A DNA stretch of 64,000 bases, from positions 288,001 through 352,000 of the forward strand of contig CAVUKA010000005.1 in assembly GCA_963741945.1 (NCBI GenBank), given 5' to 3'. Source of the stretch: an uncultured Gemmatimonadales bacterium. GTDB lineage: Bacteria; Gemmatimonadota; Gemmatimonadetes; Longimicrobiales; RSA9. The notes under the pieces are model-generated. The model had not been told where the DNA came from. It did no database searches and saw nothing but the letters and a program-made list of their open reading frames with translations. The position numbers and the translations under genes are program-made. Below, piece by piece: positions 1-11,052 of this stretch (positions are counted from its first letter, which is position 1; the number at the start of each line of letters is the position of its first letter).

Positions 1-2636
1 CACGTCCCGGCCGAAGCGGAAGCGGCCATCCTCCACGTAGTCGGTGCGCCCCTGGCTCCACACCAGGAAGACCGTCGAGCCGGGCCGGTACTCCCAGCGC
101 AGTACCACGTTCGACCGGAGCTGTTTGAAGTTGAAGCTCGGGTCGGTGAACTCGAAATCGCCGTTCCCGTCGCCGGTTGCGTCCACGCCGTGTACGAGCT
201 CGTCATCCTCGTTGCGCCACGACGTCATCTCCCCGGCGCCGATGCGATGGAAGCGGTCCTCGTAGGCCGCGGCCCTCGCGTTGGTGACGTACTTGAAGTC
301 CGCGTAGGTCCCGGCGCTCATGAACGGCTGGGCATAGAGCTGGAGTGAGAGCGTGGGCGAGAACGTGTAGTTGAGCCGCGCCGTCATGGAGACGGTGGTC
401 TGGTCCACGGTCCCGAGGATCCAGTACGGCTGTCCATCGGCGTCCTGCTCATCCACGTACTGGATCGGGTTCGTGCTCTTCGAGTAGGAAGGCCCGACGT
501 ACAGGTCGGCATTGTCGGAAGGGCGGATCGTCAGGCCTGGGGAGACGTACATGCCGTGCGCTCCGGACCCGGCGGCGCCGTCGCCCCCGAAGCTGACGCT
601 GAGCTGGACGGGCTTGCGGTGATCCGTCCAGAAATTCGACCACACGTTCCAGCTGGCCGGCCGGAGGAACCCGGGGCCGCCCCGCAGCATCGAGGTCGAC
701 AGCGCCTCCGTGGAGTAGTTGATCCCGGCACTGCCGCCCCACAGGTTGTTCAGCTCGAACCCGCCATTGACGTTTCCGCCCAGGTCGATGCGGTCGCCGC
801 CGTACGTGGACCCGTTCCAGCCGTTCATGCCGACTCGCCAGCTCCGGAACACGGGCCCCGCGTCGTTCTCGTTGTACCCGGTCCAGAACCCGCTGAAGAT
901 CATGTCGCCATTTCGCTGGTAGCCGAGGTCGTTGGCGTCGAACTCGGGCGAGAGGGTCATGCCAAAGAGAGCAAAGCGCCAGTCGCCCTGCAGCTTCCAC
1001 AGCTCCATCTTGGCTGCGCTCCCCGCCAATGTCGTCCGCGCGGCATCGTAGTGCAGGTAATCCGCGTCCGGGCGCTGGAAGTTGTGGACGGGAGAGGTCT
1101 GCACCTCGTCGATCGCGTCGGCCGTTCCGGTGAGATAGCTGCCCACGAAGGAGCCGGTGATCTGGTAGGCGTTGTCGGGACCGAACCGATGGCGCACGTC
1201 CACGCCCGCCGTGTACGCGGACTTCTGAAGCCAGTCCAGCTCCCCGGAAGGGGGGAGCGAGCGGTTCGTGGTGGTGAAGATCCCGCCAATGGCGCTCTTG
1301 CCTTCGCGGAAGTCCCTGATGACGCGGACCACGCCGTAGTTCGTCAGCGGCTCCACCGGCGTGGTGCTTTCCACCCCGTCGGTCATGGACCGCGCCGTCT
1401 CTTTCCCCGTCAGCGCGTCCAGCACGCCGATGGACCACCCGCCCGCGGTCTTCCCCGAAAGCTTGGCGGCGCCGAGGATCGTGGTGGCCTCGGGCTGATC
1501 CACGAAGTCCCCGTCCACCTCGCCCTGCGGTGAGCGCCCGATGCGTCTCGAGTAGAACAGGCTCTCGTTCCCCAGGTCGCCATCGCCGATCCCCAGCCCG
1601 AAGCGGAAGATGTCCATCCCTTCGGTGAAGAACGGTCGCCGCTCCGGGAAGAACGTCTCGAACGCCGAAAGGTTCACCACGGACGGGTCCGCCTCGACCT
1701 GCCCGAAATCCGGGTTGATGGTGGCCGTCAGAGTGAGATCGGATGTGATGCCCGCCTTCACGTCCGCACCCATGCCGCCGAACGGATCGACACTGCGGTA
1801 GAACGGGTCACCGGCCTCGTGCGGCGCTCGCGTGGCGCTGCCCACGGCGTACGGCATGACTTCCAGGCGACGCGGGGGGTTCAGGTCCCGGAGACCGCGC
1901 AGCTCCCCGAACAGGGAAACCATGCGGGCATCGGTCGGCAGCGTGGGAGCCCACAGGGCCTCCTCGTTGTTGCGTGCGATCTTGCGGAGAAAGTTGATCC
2001 CCCAGACCTGCTCCCGGCCATCCGGACTCGGCTTGAAGCGGAGCTGTGAGAGCGGGATGCGGTACTCGGCCGTCCAGCCTTCGCTGTCCTGCTTCGCCGC
2101 ACCCTCCCAGACGGCGTCCCACGAGCCGTCGTCCTCCGTGTCATCGAACAGCAGCACGTCCACCATCACGCCCCTCGGATTCAGCCCGAACGCAAAGCCG
2201 GTCCGCCGGTCGAAGTAGCTGTCGATGGCTACGTACAGCCAGTCGGAATAGACCTCGTTGTCGCGCCGCCCCAGCTGCCCCACCACCGAGTCCGGCGCCG
2301 TGTCGTGCATGCGGGCCGCCACGTACAGTGCCCGGTCGTCGTAGAGGACGCGGACCTCGGTGCGCTGTGACGCGGCCGCGCCCGGGTTCGGCTGCTTCTG
2401 GGTGAACCCGGTGGCCACCTGGGCACCGGCCCACGCCGGATCGCCGAGATCACCGTCGATCGTGGGAGGGGCAGCCACGCGTGTGGCATGGAGCGCAAGG
2501 ATGGCATCCCGACCGCCGGGGGAACCGCTCCCACGGCCGGAAACGGCGGCCATGGAGCCGGTGTCCTGCGCGGACGCGCCCGCGGTCCATACAGCTGTCG
2601 CTGTGAGAAAAGGACTGCAATGAACGGGAATCTCAT
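1..2636 (-). CDS. DUF5916 / CBM9-like domain outer-membrane protein, 3'-partial, apparent 1-nt frameshift in the signal peptide
   Basis: Not in the ORF track because it runs off the edge. Manual translation of both ends falls in one frame (ATG 2553 to position 1): N-term PPTIDGDLGDPAW...RTEVRVLYDDRALYVAARMHD, C-term FNFKQLRSNVVLRWEYRPGSTVFLVWSQ. The signal peptide MRFPFIAVLF begins at ATG 2636 in a different frame. Confidence 0.8.
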
Positions 2637-2821
2637 CGGGGACTTCGCGTTACGTCGCACCAACGCCGGAGCTGCTCACCAGGGCCGGCGTTGAGTGCGC
2701 TGTGGTCTGTGGTATTCGGCCATCCGTACGCGCCTCGACGCACATGGGTTTCGACAGCCACGGCCGGGACAGGGTTGCATGCGGGGTCGTGCCCGACCAT
2801 CTCTTCCAGAATGCCGAAACC

Positions 2822-4114
2822 ATGGAGAATCGAGCGATGACGCTGTCCGCGCCGGCACCAGGCCGGATCCTACTTTTCGTTTCCGCGCTCCTGGCCGCCG
2901 CAGCACCAGCGGCGGCCCAGGACCTGCTCCTTCGCCCCGACCGCGTGTTCGACGGACACGCCGTCCACCCCGGGTGGGTCGTTCGCGTCCACGGCGATCG
3001 GATCGCCGCCGCGGGGCCCGCCGCGAGCGTGGATGCCGCCGGAGCCCGTGTGATCGAGCTCCCCGGCGCCACGCTCCTCCCGGGCCTCATTGATGGCCAC
3101 ACCCACATGTTCCTCCACCCGTACGACGAGGTGTCCTGGAACGACCAGGTGCTCAAGGAGTCGCGCGCGGAGCGGACGCTGCGCGCGGGCAATCACGCCC
3201 GCGCCACCCTCATGGCCGGCTTCACGACGGCGCGGGACCTGGGCACGGAGGGGGCGGGGTACGCGGATGCGGGGCTGAAGACCGCCATTGAGAAAGGCGT
3301 GATCGCCGGCCCCCGCCTGCTCATTGCGACCAAGGCCATTGTCGCCACGGGAAGTTACGGCCCCAAAGGGTTCGTGCCCGAGCTGGACATGCTGCTCGGC
3401 GCCGAGGAAGCGGACGGCCCGACCATGGCGCGCGTGGTCCGCGACCAGATCGGTCACGGCGCCGACTGGGTGAAAGTGTACGCCGACTACGGCTGGGGCC
3501 CCGGCGGCCGGGCCATGCCCACGTTCACGGAAGGCGAGCTCCGCACGGCGGTGGAAGTAGCCGGGAGCAGCGGGCGCCGCATTTCCGCTCACGCCTCGAC
3601 CCCGGAAGGGATGCGACGCGCTACGCTGGCCGGCGCCGCCACCATCGAGCATGGCGACGGTGGGACGCCCGAAATCTTCCGCCTGATGGCCGAGCGGGGG
3701 GTGGCGCTCTGTCCCACCCTGGCGGCCTCCGAGGCCATCGCCCGCTACCGCGGCTGGCCCCCCGGAAGCTCGCCCGAGCCCGAGCGGATCCGGCAGAGCC
3801 GCGAGAGCTTCCGCGCCGCCCTCGCTGCCGGCGTGCCCATGTGCCTGGGCGGCGACACGGGCGTGTTCAGCCACGGCGACAACGCACGGGAGGCCGAGCT
3901 CATGGCGGAGTACGGCATGCCCGCTCTGGATGTTCTCCGCGCCGGCACGTCCGGCAACGCCACCATCCTGGGACTCGACGACCGCGGCGTGGTCGAGTCC
4001 GGCCGCCTCGCGGACCTGGTGGCCGTGGCTGGTGACCCGTCGCAGGACATCCGGGCGCTGCGGAGCGTCCGGTTCGTCATGAAGGGTGGCGAGATCGTCC
4101 GCGCGGAGGAGTAG
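2822..4114 (+). CDS. Secreted metal-dependent amidohydrolase (Xaa-Pro dipeptidase-like)
   Basis: LLPGLIDGHTH metal motif, GFTTARDLG, WVKVY, SAHA, TIEHG, GGDTG, GRLADLVAV; signal peptide ending AAA-Q. Start 2822 or 2837. Confidence 0.88.
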   Translation: MENRAMTLSAPAPGRILLFVSALLAAAAPAAAQDLLLRPDRVFDGHAVHPGWVVRVHGDRIAAAGPAASVDAAGARVIELPGATLLPGLIDGHTHMFLHPYDEVSWNDQVLKESRAERTLRAGNHARATLMAGFTTARDLGTEGAGYADAGLKTAIEKGVIAGPRLLIATKAIVATGSYGPKGFVPELDMLLGAEEADGPTMARVVRDQIGHGADWVKVYADYGWGPGGRAMPTFTEGELRTAVEVAGSSGRRISAHASTPEGMRRATLAGAATIEHGDGGTPEIFRLMAERGVALCPTLAASEAIARYRGWPPGSSPEPERIRQSRESFRAALAAGVPMCLGGDTGVFSHGDNAREAELMAEYGMPALDVLRAGTSGNATILGLDDRGVVESGRLADLVAVAGDPSQDIRALRSVRFVMKGGEIVRAEE

Positions 4115-4144
4115 CGGGCCCGGGCCCGAGCCGCTCCCGCGTCC

Positions 4145-7100
4145 TCAGAGATCCAGCGCGGCCCGGACGATGCGCAGCAGCGACCCCGCCACGAACGGCT
4201 TCTCGAGGAAGAGACTTCGTGGAACCTCGCCGGCCTGGCGCCGCGCGGCTTCCTCGGCATATCCGGAAGTCAGGAGCACGGGCAGGTCTCCGCGCACGCG
4301 ACGCAGCCTCCCGGCCAGCTCGCCGCCGCCGATACCGGGCATGACCATGTCCGTGAGCAGCAGGTCGATGCGACTCTCGTAATCGGCCGCCACCGCCAGG
4401 GCTTCTTCCCCGCTGCGGGCTTCCAGCACCGTGTAGCCGCTCTTCCGGAGCACTTTCCGGACGAGCGCTCGGACCGCCGGCTCATCCTCCACGAGCAGGA
4501 TGGTCTCGTCACCATCGAGATCCGCGCCTTCCTCCGCCGGGCGCTCCGGTGCGTCCGGCCGCTCGTTCACGATGGGCAGATAGATCTTGAACGTGCTCCC
4601 CAGCCCGGGCTCCGAGTACACCCAGATCCAGCCACCGCTCTGCTTCACGATGCCGTACACCGTGCTGAGCCCGAGCCCCGTCCCCTTGCCGACCTCCTTC
4701 GTCGTGAAGAAGGGCTCGAACACACGGTCCCGGATCTCCTGCGCGATTCCCATCCCCGTGTCCGTCACGGCCAGCATCACGAACCGCCCGGCCTCGGCCG
4801 TGGGGCGCCCGCGCGCGTACTCCTCGTCCAGGTCCACGTTGGCGGTCTGCAGCGTGAGACGCCCACCCTCCGGCATGGCGTCGCGGGCGTTGACGGCGAG
4901 GTTCATCAGCACCTGGCCGAGCTGTCCCGGATCGGCCCGGACCGGCTCCAGGTCCGGCGCAAGCTGCTGCTCCAGCTCCACATCCTCCCCGATGAGACGG
5001 CGCAGCATCCGGCTCGTGTCCTCCACGACTGCATTCAGGTCCAGCACGCGGGGACGGAGGATCTGCTGCCGGCTGAACGCCAGCAGCTGCCGGGTCAGAT
5101 CTCTCGCCCGCGTAGCGGCCCGCTGCACTTCCGCCAGGTCCTCCTTCGCCGCTTCATCCACGCGCTGCATGAGCAGATCGACATGCCCCATGATCGCGGT
5201 CAGGAGGTTGTTGAAATCGTGCGCCACGCCGCCCGCCAGCCGCCCGACCGCCTCCATCTTCTGCGCCTGCTGGAGCTGCCGCTCGAGCTCGCGGATCGGG
5301 CGGATGTCACGCGCGATCGTGGACAGGAACGTGGACCCTTCCGGCGATGTGTGGGCGATGACCACCTGCGACACCGGGATCTCGCGCCCGCCCCGCGAGA
5401 TCAGTCTGGTTTCCCCACTCCAGCTCCCCTTCTCCAGCGCCGTGGGTATGACCACCTCCCGGAACCAGCGGCCATCGGCCTCGGAGAGCGAGCCGAAGAA
5501 CGCACTGCCGTCCTCGTCCGTGTCATCGATCTCCATGACCCGCCGCATGGCAGCGTTGCGGTAGACCACGGTGCCGTCCTCGTGGGCGATCCCCACGTAG
5601 TCGGTCGTCGCCTCCAGCAGGGCCGTGAAGCGCTGGCGCTGACGCTCGGCACGTTCCCGCTCCATCGCCGCTCCCACCACGTTCGCCACCGCCTGCACGA
5701 AGGCCCCGTCCTGCTCCGTGAAGCTGCGGGGCTGCCTGGAGTGGGCCGCCAGAACGCCGAGGATGCCGTGGTGCCCTCGGATCGGCACGGTGAGGCCGCT
5801 CCGGATCCGGTTCTCGCGGAGCAGGTCGCTCCCCGGGAAACGCTCCTCCTGGTCCAGGTCCGCGACCGCAACGGGGCTGTTCGTGGCCAGCGTATGTCCG
5901 GCCTGCGACTCCGGCCCGCCCGACACCCACGCGCTCCCGATCAGCTCCGGGGCCCACCCCACACCCGCGCGTAGCAGCAGCTCAGGGCGATCGGGCCGCC
6001 GTTCCAGCACCTTCGCGTACTCGACGGCGAGCGTTTCACGGATCAGCGTGGTGGCTTCGCTCAGGATCACCTCGATGCGGACCTCTTCCAGCGCCCTCTG
6101 CCCCAGCCACGCCACGGCGCTCTGCTGCTCCGCGGCCGTGATCAGCTCCTGTTCCGCCGCCTTCCGCGCCGTCATGTCCGCCGCGACCACGATGGCGCCC
6201 GCCGCGCCGCCGGCGGCATCGTGGAGCGGGGCGGCCGAGACGCTGGCCACGAACATTCCCCCGTCTCCGCGGGGAAGCCTGAGCTCGATATCCGTGAACG
6301 CGTCGCCCGCGAGAATCCGGCGCTCCAGCTCTGCACCCACCCGCCCCGGCGGCAGGACGTTCCGGAGCGGGGTCCGGAGCCGCTCCGCCTCGGTCCACCC
6401 GAACCCGTGCTCGGCGGCCGGGTTCCACATGTGGATCAACCCCTCGGGATCCGCCGCGATGATCGGAACGGGAGAGGCACGGACCACGGCCTGCAGGATC
6501 TCGTTCGTTTCCCGCACCGCCTCCGCACGCCGCCGCCACTCGGTGACATCGCGGATGAACCCCGCGTAGCCGACGATTCCACCATCGTCGTCTCGCCGCA
6601 GCGCGGCTGACAGGAGACATTCCCGCTGCGCGCCCCCCTTGCGGACCAGCGTGACCGGCCAGTCCCGCAACCGGCCCGCCGCCTCCACCCGGCGGCGGAA
6701 CTCCTGCCGTTCGGACGGGTTGGCGTACAGCGCGCGGACGTCCTGCCTTGCCACTTCCTCTTCCGTGTAGCCGAACAGCTCCAGGAACGCCTGGTTCCAC
6801 GCCGTCAGCCTCCCGTCCACTGTGCTGATGTAGAACGCGTCCGCGGTCTGCTCCAGGATGGTCCGGTAGCGCTCCTCGCTCTCCCGCAGCAGCGCTTCGG
6901 CCCTGTGCTGCTCCGTGACATCGCGGAACGAGGTCACCGTGCCGGTGAACTCTCCATCGTCCAGGAGCGGCGCCGCGTTCACCGACAGCACCTTGCGCCT
7001 GCCGTCGGGCAGCTCGACCACCTGAATGGCGTCGTGAACCGGCTCCCCCGTGCGGCGGACCCGGGCCAGCGGGTAGTCCTCGGGCGGAAGCGGATCACCA

Positions 7101-7726
7101 TCCGGCGTGGTCACTTTCCACGCCGCGTCGTCATGGGTCCGGCGCGTGATCTCGGAAAGCGGGACGCCCAGGATCTTCTCGGCCCCGGCGTTCGCGAACG
7201 TGATCCGGCCATCCGAGCTCTCGATCAGCAATCCGTCCTCCACCGCCCCCACCACCTGACGGAGCCGCTCCTCGCTGGATCGGAGCGCCGCCTCCGAACG
7301 GAGACGCTCCGTTACATCCTCCACCAGCACGAGCCGGCACCTGCGGCCATCGAGCACGAGGTCATGGCTCGTAACGGCCACGTCCAGGAGCGTCCCGTCA
7401 CGCCTCCGGTGCCGCCATCCCGTCTGCCGCCGCAGTCCATGCGATTCGGTGCTCATCAGCGCCCGCAGCGCCTCCGCTTCGGACCCGGGGCGGATGTCGA
7501 GGATCGAAAGCGTCAGCATCTCGTCCAGGCTGTATCCGTACAGCTCCCTCGCCGCCGCGTTCGCGCCCAGGATCCGCAGGCTCTCCGCGTCGAACAGCAG
7601 CAGTGGAACCGGGCTCGCCTCGAAGAGCTGACGATACGTCCCGACCGCGCTCTCTCCGGGTTCCGGCGCACCTCCGGCCAGGCGATCCGCCGCGCCCCCG
7701 GCCCCCTCGCCGACAGCGCCGCTCAC
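4145..7726 (-). CDS. Cytoplasmic hybrid sensor histidine kinase (4 PAS, GAF, PAS, HisKA, HATPase, REC)
   Basis: QKMEAVGRLAGGVAHDFNNLL H-box, NLAVNARDAM, DTGMG, FEPFFTTK, GTGLGL; C-terminal ILLVEDE...DLLLTDMVMP...LEKPF. GTG at 7726 follows GGAGAGGGG; the extension to 8302 overlaps the opposite-strand ABC gene. Confidence 0.92.
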   Translation of the reverse strand: MSGAVGEGAGGAADRLAGGAPEPGESAVGTYRQLFEASPVPLLLFDAESLRILGANAAARELYGYSLDEMLTLSILDIRPGSEAEALRALMSTESHGLRRQTGWRHRRRDGTLLDVAVTSHDLVLDGRRCRLVLVEDVTERLRSEAALRSSEERLRQVVGAVEDGLLIESSDGRITFANAGAEKILGVPLSEITRRTHDDAAWKVTTPDGDPLPPEDYPLARVRRTGEPVHDAIQVVELPDGRRKVLSVNAAPLLDDGEFTGTVTSFRDVTEQHRAEALLRESEERYRTILEQTADAFYISTVDGRLTAWNQAFLELFGYTEEEVARQDVRALYANPSERQEFRRRVEAAGRLRDWPVTLVRKGGAQRECLLSAALRRDDDGGIVGYAGFIRDVTEWRRRAEAVRETNEILQAVVRASPVPIIAADPEGLIHMWNPAAEHGFGWTEAERLRTPLRNVLPPGRVGAELERRILAGDAFTDIELRLPRGDGGMFVASVSAAPLHDAAGGAAGAIVVAADMTARKAAEQELITAAEQQSAVAWLGQRALEEVRIEVILSEATTLIRETLAVEYAKVLERRPDRPELLLRAGVGWAPELIGSAWVSGGPESQAGHTLATNSPVAVADLDQEERFPGSDLLRENRIRSGLTVPIRGHHGILGVLAAHSRQPRSFTEQDGAFVQAVANVVGAAMERERAERQRQRFTALLEATTDYVGIAHEDGTVVYRNAAMRRVMEIDDTDEDGSAFFGSLSEADGRWFREVVIPTALEKGSWSGETRLISRGGREIPVSQVVIAHTSPEGSTFLSTIARDIRPIRELERQLQQAQKMEAVGRLAGGVAHDFNNLLTAIMGHVDLLMQRVDEAAKEDLAEVQRAATRARDLTRQLLAFSRQQILRPRVLDLNAVVEDTSRMLRRLIGEDVELEQQLAPDLEPVRADPGQLGQVLMNLAVNARDAMPEGGRLTLQTANVDLDEEYARGRPTAEAGRFVMLAVTDTGMGIAQEIRDRVFEPFFTTKEVGKGTGLGLSTVYGIVKQSGGWIWVYSEPGLGSTFKIYLPIVNERPDAPERPAEEGADLDGDETILLVEDEPAVRALVRKVLRKSGYTVLEARSGEEALAVAADYESRIDLLLTDMVMPGIGGGELAGRLRRVRGDLPVLLTSGYAEEAARRQAGEVPRSLFLEKPFVAGSLLRIVRAALDL

Positions 7727-7960
7727 GCCCCTCTCCGGACCGATCCCCGACTCGCTCGGATGCTCGGCCGACAAAATCCCCCCTGATGGTGGAAATAGTT
7801 GAAGGTCACTGCGGAAGAACGCGGCGACAACCCCTCCACTCGACCAGTGTCGGCCGCTGCGGAGGCGACTTGAGAGAGCGCTGCGGAGCGCCGCTGGCGA
7901 TGGGCTCGCGCCCCACCAGCTCGTGGTGAGCCGCGTCGCCTGTGGCCGCCGTGCGTTGCC

Positions 7961-8632
7961 ATGGCTACGTTCGGCCTCATGCCAGCGCCGCCCGTCATCG
8001 CCGTCGAGCAGCTGACCGTTACGCCGCCGGATGCGGACGCGCCCGTCCTGCGCGACGTCCGCCTCGCCGTCCATGCGGGCGACCGCGTGGTGCTCACGGG
8101 GCCGTCCGGCTCGGGGAAGACCACGCTCCTGCGCGCCATGGTCATGCTCGAGCCGGCCGACGGGCGAATCCTCCTGGACGGCGACGAAGTGACGCCGGAG
8201 CGCGTCCGGGAGCTCCGCCGGCGCGTGGGCTACCTGCCCCAGCGGCCCGTGTCCATTGCCGAGACCGTGGAGAGCAACCTGTCGTTCCCCCGGGAGATCC
8301 ATCCCGACGCACTGGACGAGGAAGAGCAGCGGCTCCTCCTCGATCGCCTGGGTCTCGGGACCACCGACCTCTCCCGCCGCTTCGGCGCGCTCTCGGGTGG
8401 TGAGCAGCAGCGGGTGGCCCTGGTCCGCTCACTCACGCCCCGGCCGACGGTATTGCTGCTGGATGAGCCCACGGCGAGCCTGGACCCTGAGAATGTGGAG
8501 GTCGTGGTCGCGCTGCTGGCCGAGTGGTCGGCAGCGGCCCCGGGTCGGGCGCTGGTCTGGGTGAGCCATCACGCCGCGGAGGTCGAGGCGCTGGCCACGC
8601 GCCGGGCAACGGTCGGAGAGCTGGCACAGTGA
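7961..8632 (+). CDS. ABC transporter ATP-binding protein (FetA/YbbL-like)
   Basis: Walker A GPSGSGKTT, LSGGEQQR, Walker B LLLDEPT, VSH; GTGA overlap with the permease. Alternative start ATG 7979. Confidence 0.88.
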   Translation: MATFGLMPAPPVIAVEQLTVTPPDADAPVLRDVRLAVHAGDRVVLTGPSGSGKTTLLRAMVMLEPADGRILLDGDEVTPERVRELRRRVGYLPQRPVSIAETVESNLSFPREIHPDALDEEEQRLLLDRLGLGTTDLSRRFGALSGGEQQRVALVRSLTPRPTVLLLDEPTASLDPENVEVVVALLAEWSAAAPGRALVWVSHHAAEVEALATRRATVGELAQ

Positions 8633-9423
8633 ACCGGCCACTCATCACGCTGGGCCCTTGGGACCTCGCCCTCGCCGCCACCCTGCTCATCGTCCCGGCC
8701 GCCATCAGCATCGGGCTCCGGCTCGGCCTCGAGCGCCGCCTCGCGATCGCCGGCGTTCGCACGGTTCTGCAGCTCACGTTCATCGGCGTGGTGCTCGAGT
8801 GGGTGTTCGCGCTGGACCGCTGGTACTACGTCATACCCGTTCTCCTCGTCATGCTCGTGGCCGCAGCGCGAGCCGCCGTGCAGCGCTCGAAGCGACGCTT
8901 CAATGGAGCGCACGTCGCCGCGTTCGGCTCCCTCGTGCTGGCTACCGGGACGGTGACGTTCGTATCCACGGAGCTCATCATTGGCGTGGACCGCTGGTAC
9001 CAGCCCCAGTACGTCATCCCGCTGCTCGGGATGCTGCTGGGCAACGGGCTCACGGGGATCAGCCTGGCCATGGACCGCCTGCTGAACGAGCTGGTGGATC
9101 GGCGCGACGCCGTGGAAGCGCGGCTCGCGCTCGGTGCATCGTTGTGGATCGCCCTCCGACCCTGGATCGCGGAGGCCGTGCGCACCGGGCTGATTCCCAT
9201 CATCAACGCCATGATGGTGGTGGGCCTGGTCAGCCTCCCCGGAATGATGACCGGCCAGATCCTGGCGGGCGCCAACCCGCGCGACGCCGTTTCCTACCAG
9301 ATCCTCATCATGTTCATGATCGCGGGCGCCACCGCCATGGCCACCATCGCGCTCTGCCTCCTCGCGTATCGCGTGCTGGCCGACCCGTTCGAGCGCGTGC
9401 GCTGGGTCAAGATCAGGACCTAG
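8629..9423 (+). CDS. fetB: ABC transporter permease, FetB/YbbM (UPF0014) family
   Basis: [46 protein letters not shown] signature. Confidence 0.85.
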   Translation: MNRPLITLGPWDLALAATLLIVPAAISIGLRLGLERRLAIAGVRTVLQLTFIGVVLEWVFALDRWYYVIPVLLVMLVAAARAAVQRSKRRFNGAHVAAFGSLVLATGTVTFVSTELIIGVDRWYQPQYVIPLLGMLLGNGLTGISLAMDRLLNELVDRRDAVEARLALGASLWIALRPWIAEAVRTGLIPIINAMMVVGLVSLPGMMTGQILAGANPRDAVSYQILIMFMIAGATAMATIALCLLAYRVLADPFERVRWVKIRT

Positions 9424-9562
9424 CCGGGGGCTGGCCGGACCGGAAACGACGGCTCCGCGCGAGCGCGCCGCCGCCAGCCGGCTTGTTGCTCGCGTGCCGC
9501 CCCCCTACAATCCTCGCAGCCCTTCCCGTTCAATCCGGCGAGCCTACCGGGAGCTTGCGCTT

Positions 9563-11050
9563 ATGGACGTGCTGCTGCTGTCGCGGATCCAGTTCGCTGC
9601 GACCATCATGTTCCATTACCTCTTCCCGCCGCTGACCATCGGCCTCGGCGCCGTGATGGTCTATCTCGAAGCGCAGTACCTCCGGACGAAGGACCTGGAG
9701 TACGAGTCGGCGGCGAGGTTCTGGACGAAGATCTTCGCGGTGAACTTCGCCATGGGCGTGGCCACGGGGATCGTCATGGAGTTCCAGTTCGGGACGAACT
9801 GGGCCACATACTCCCGCTTCGTGGGCGACGTGTTCGGCTCGGCGCTGGCTGCGGAGGGGATCTTCGCCTTCTTCCTGGAATCCGGCTTCCTGGCCGTGCT
9901 GGTGTTCGGCTGGGACCGGGTCTCGGCGAAGATGCACTTCTTCGCCACGCTCATGGTCTCGCTGGGCAGCATGTTCTCCGCCGTCTGGATCGTGGTGGCG
10001 AACTCGTTCCAGCAGACGCCCGCGGGCTACCACCTGGTGCAGCACGGCGACTCGGTGCGGGCGGAGATCACGGATTTCTGGGCGCTGCTGTTCAACCCGT
10101 CCAGCATGGTCCGGATCGGCCATGTGCTCATTGGCGCCTTCATCCTGGGCTCGTTCTTCGTCATGAGCATCGGCGCGTGGTACGTGCTCCACGGGCGTCA
10201 CGAGGAGTTCGCCAAGCGCACGTTCGGCGGCGGGCTGCTCCTGGGGCTGATCGCCTCCATTGCCGCGCCGATCTCCGGTGACTTCCACGGCCGGATCGTG
10301 GCCGAGTACCAGCCCACCAAGCTGGCGGCCATGGAAGGGCTCTATCGCACGCCCACTGCCGGGGCGCCGCTCCACGTGTTCGGCATCGTGGACGAGGCGG
10401 CGAGAGAGGTGAAGGCGGGCCTGTCGATACCCGGCGGCCTGAGCTTCCTGGTCCACCGCAACTTCACCCAGCCGGTGCCCGGGCTGGATCAGTTCCCGGA
10501 ATCCGACTGGCCCCCCGTCGCCATGACGTTCTACAGCTTCCACCTCATGGTGGGCCTCGGGCTCTTCTTCATCCTGATCACCGCCATCGGGCTCTGGTTC
10601 CACTGGCGCGACACCCTGGTGGAGAAACGGTGGCTGCTCTGGATCTTCGTCTTCGCCGTGCTGGGCCCCTACGCCGCCAACCAGCTCGGCTGGGTCACGG
10701 CGGAGGTGGGCAGACAGCCGTGGACCGTCTACGGCCTGCTCCGCACGGGCGACTCCTTCTCCACCAACCTGGTCAACGGCGAGGTCCTCACGTCCCTCGC
10801 CGGCTTCGGCCTCATCTACCTGCTCCTCTTCCTGGTCTGGGTCTTCGTGCTCAACGACAAGATCCAGCATGGACCGGAGCCCGTCACCATGCAGGCGGAA
10901 ACGCGGACCGGCGACCTGGTGGAAGCGGCTTCGCGGCGGGTGCAGGAGGACCGCTATTCCATGACCGAAGCCCACGGCGACGAGGAGCGGGCCGCAGAGG
11001 GACGCGGGCCGGCGCCCGCTCCCGATCAGACGGAGGAGGAGGAGGGTTGA
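9563..11050 (+). CDS. cydA: Cytochrome bd ubiquinol oxidase subunit I
   Basis: [56 protein letters not shown]; acidic C-terminal extension. Confidence 0.97.
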   Translation: MDVLLLSRIQFAATIMFHYLFPPLTIGLGAVMVYLEAQYLRTKDLEYESAARFWTKIFAVNFAMGVATGIVMEFQFGTNWATYSRFVGDVFGSALAAEGIFAFFLESGFLAVLVFGWDRVSAKMHFFATLMVSLGSMFSAVWIVVANSFQQTPAGYHLVQHGDSVRAEITDFWALLFNPSSMVRIGHVLIGAFILGSFFVMSIGAWYVLHGRHEEFAKRTFGGGLLLGLIASIAAPISGDFHGRIVAEYQPTKLAAMEGLYRTPTAGAPLHVFGIVDEAAREVKAGLSIPGGLSFLVHRNFTQPVPGLDQFPESDWPPVAMTFYSFHLMVGLGLFFILITAIGLWFHWRDTLVEKRWLLWIFVFAVLGPYAANQLGWVTAEVGRQPWTVYGLLRTGDSFSTNLVNGEVLTSLAGFGLIYLLLFLVWVFVLNDKIQHGPEPVTMQAETRTGDLVEAASRRVQEDRYSMTEAHGDEERAAEGRGPAPAPDQTEEEEG

Positions 11051-11052
11051 TC

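Noticed and set aside
449-1533. Long ORFs 449-1438 (-) and 556-1533 (+)
   Set aside because: Shadow frames of the real minus-strand DUF5916 gene; no motifs.
7727-8302. N-terminal 192-aa extension of the hybrid kinase
   Set aside because: Antisense to the ABC ATPase; a better start with RBS exists at 7726.
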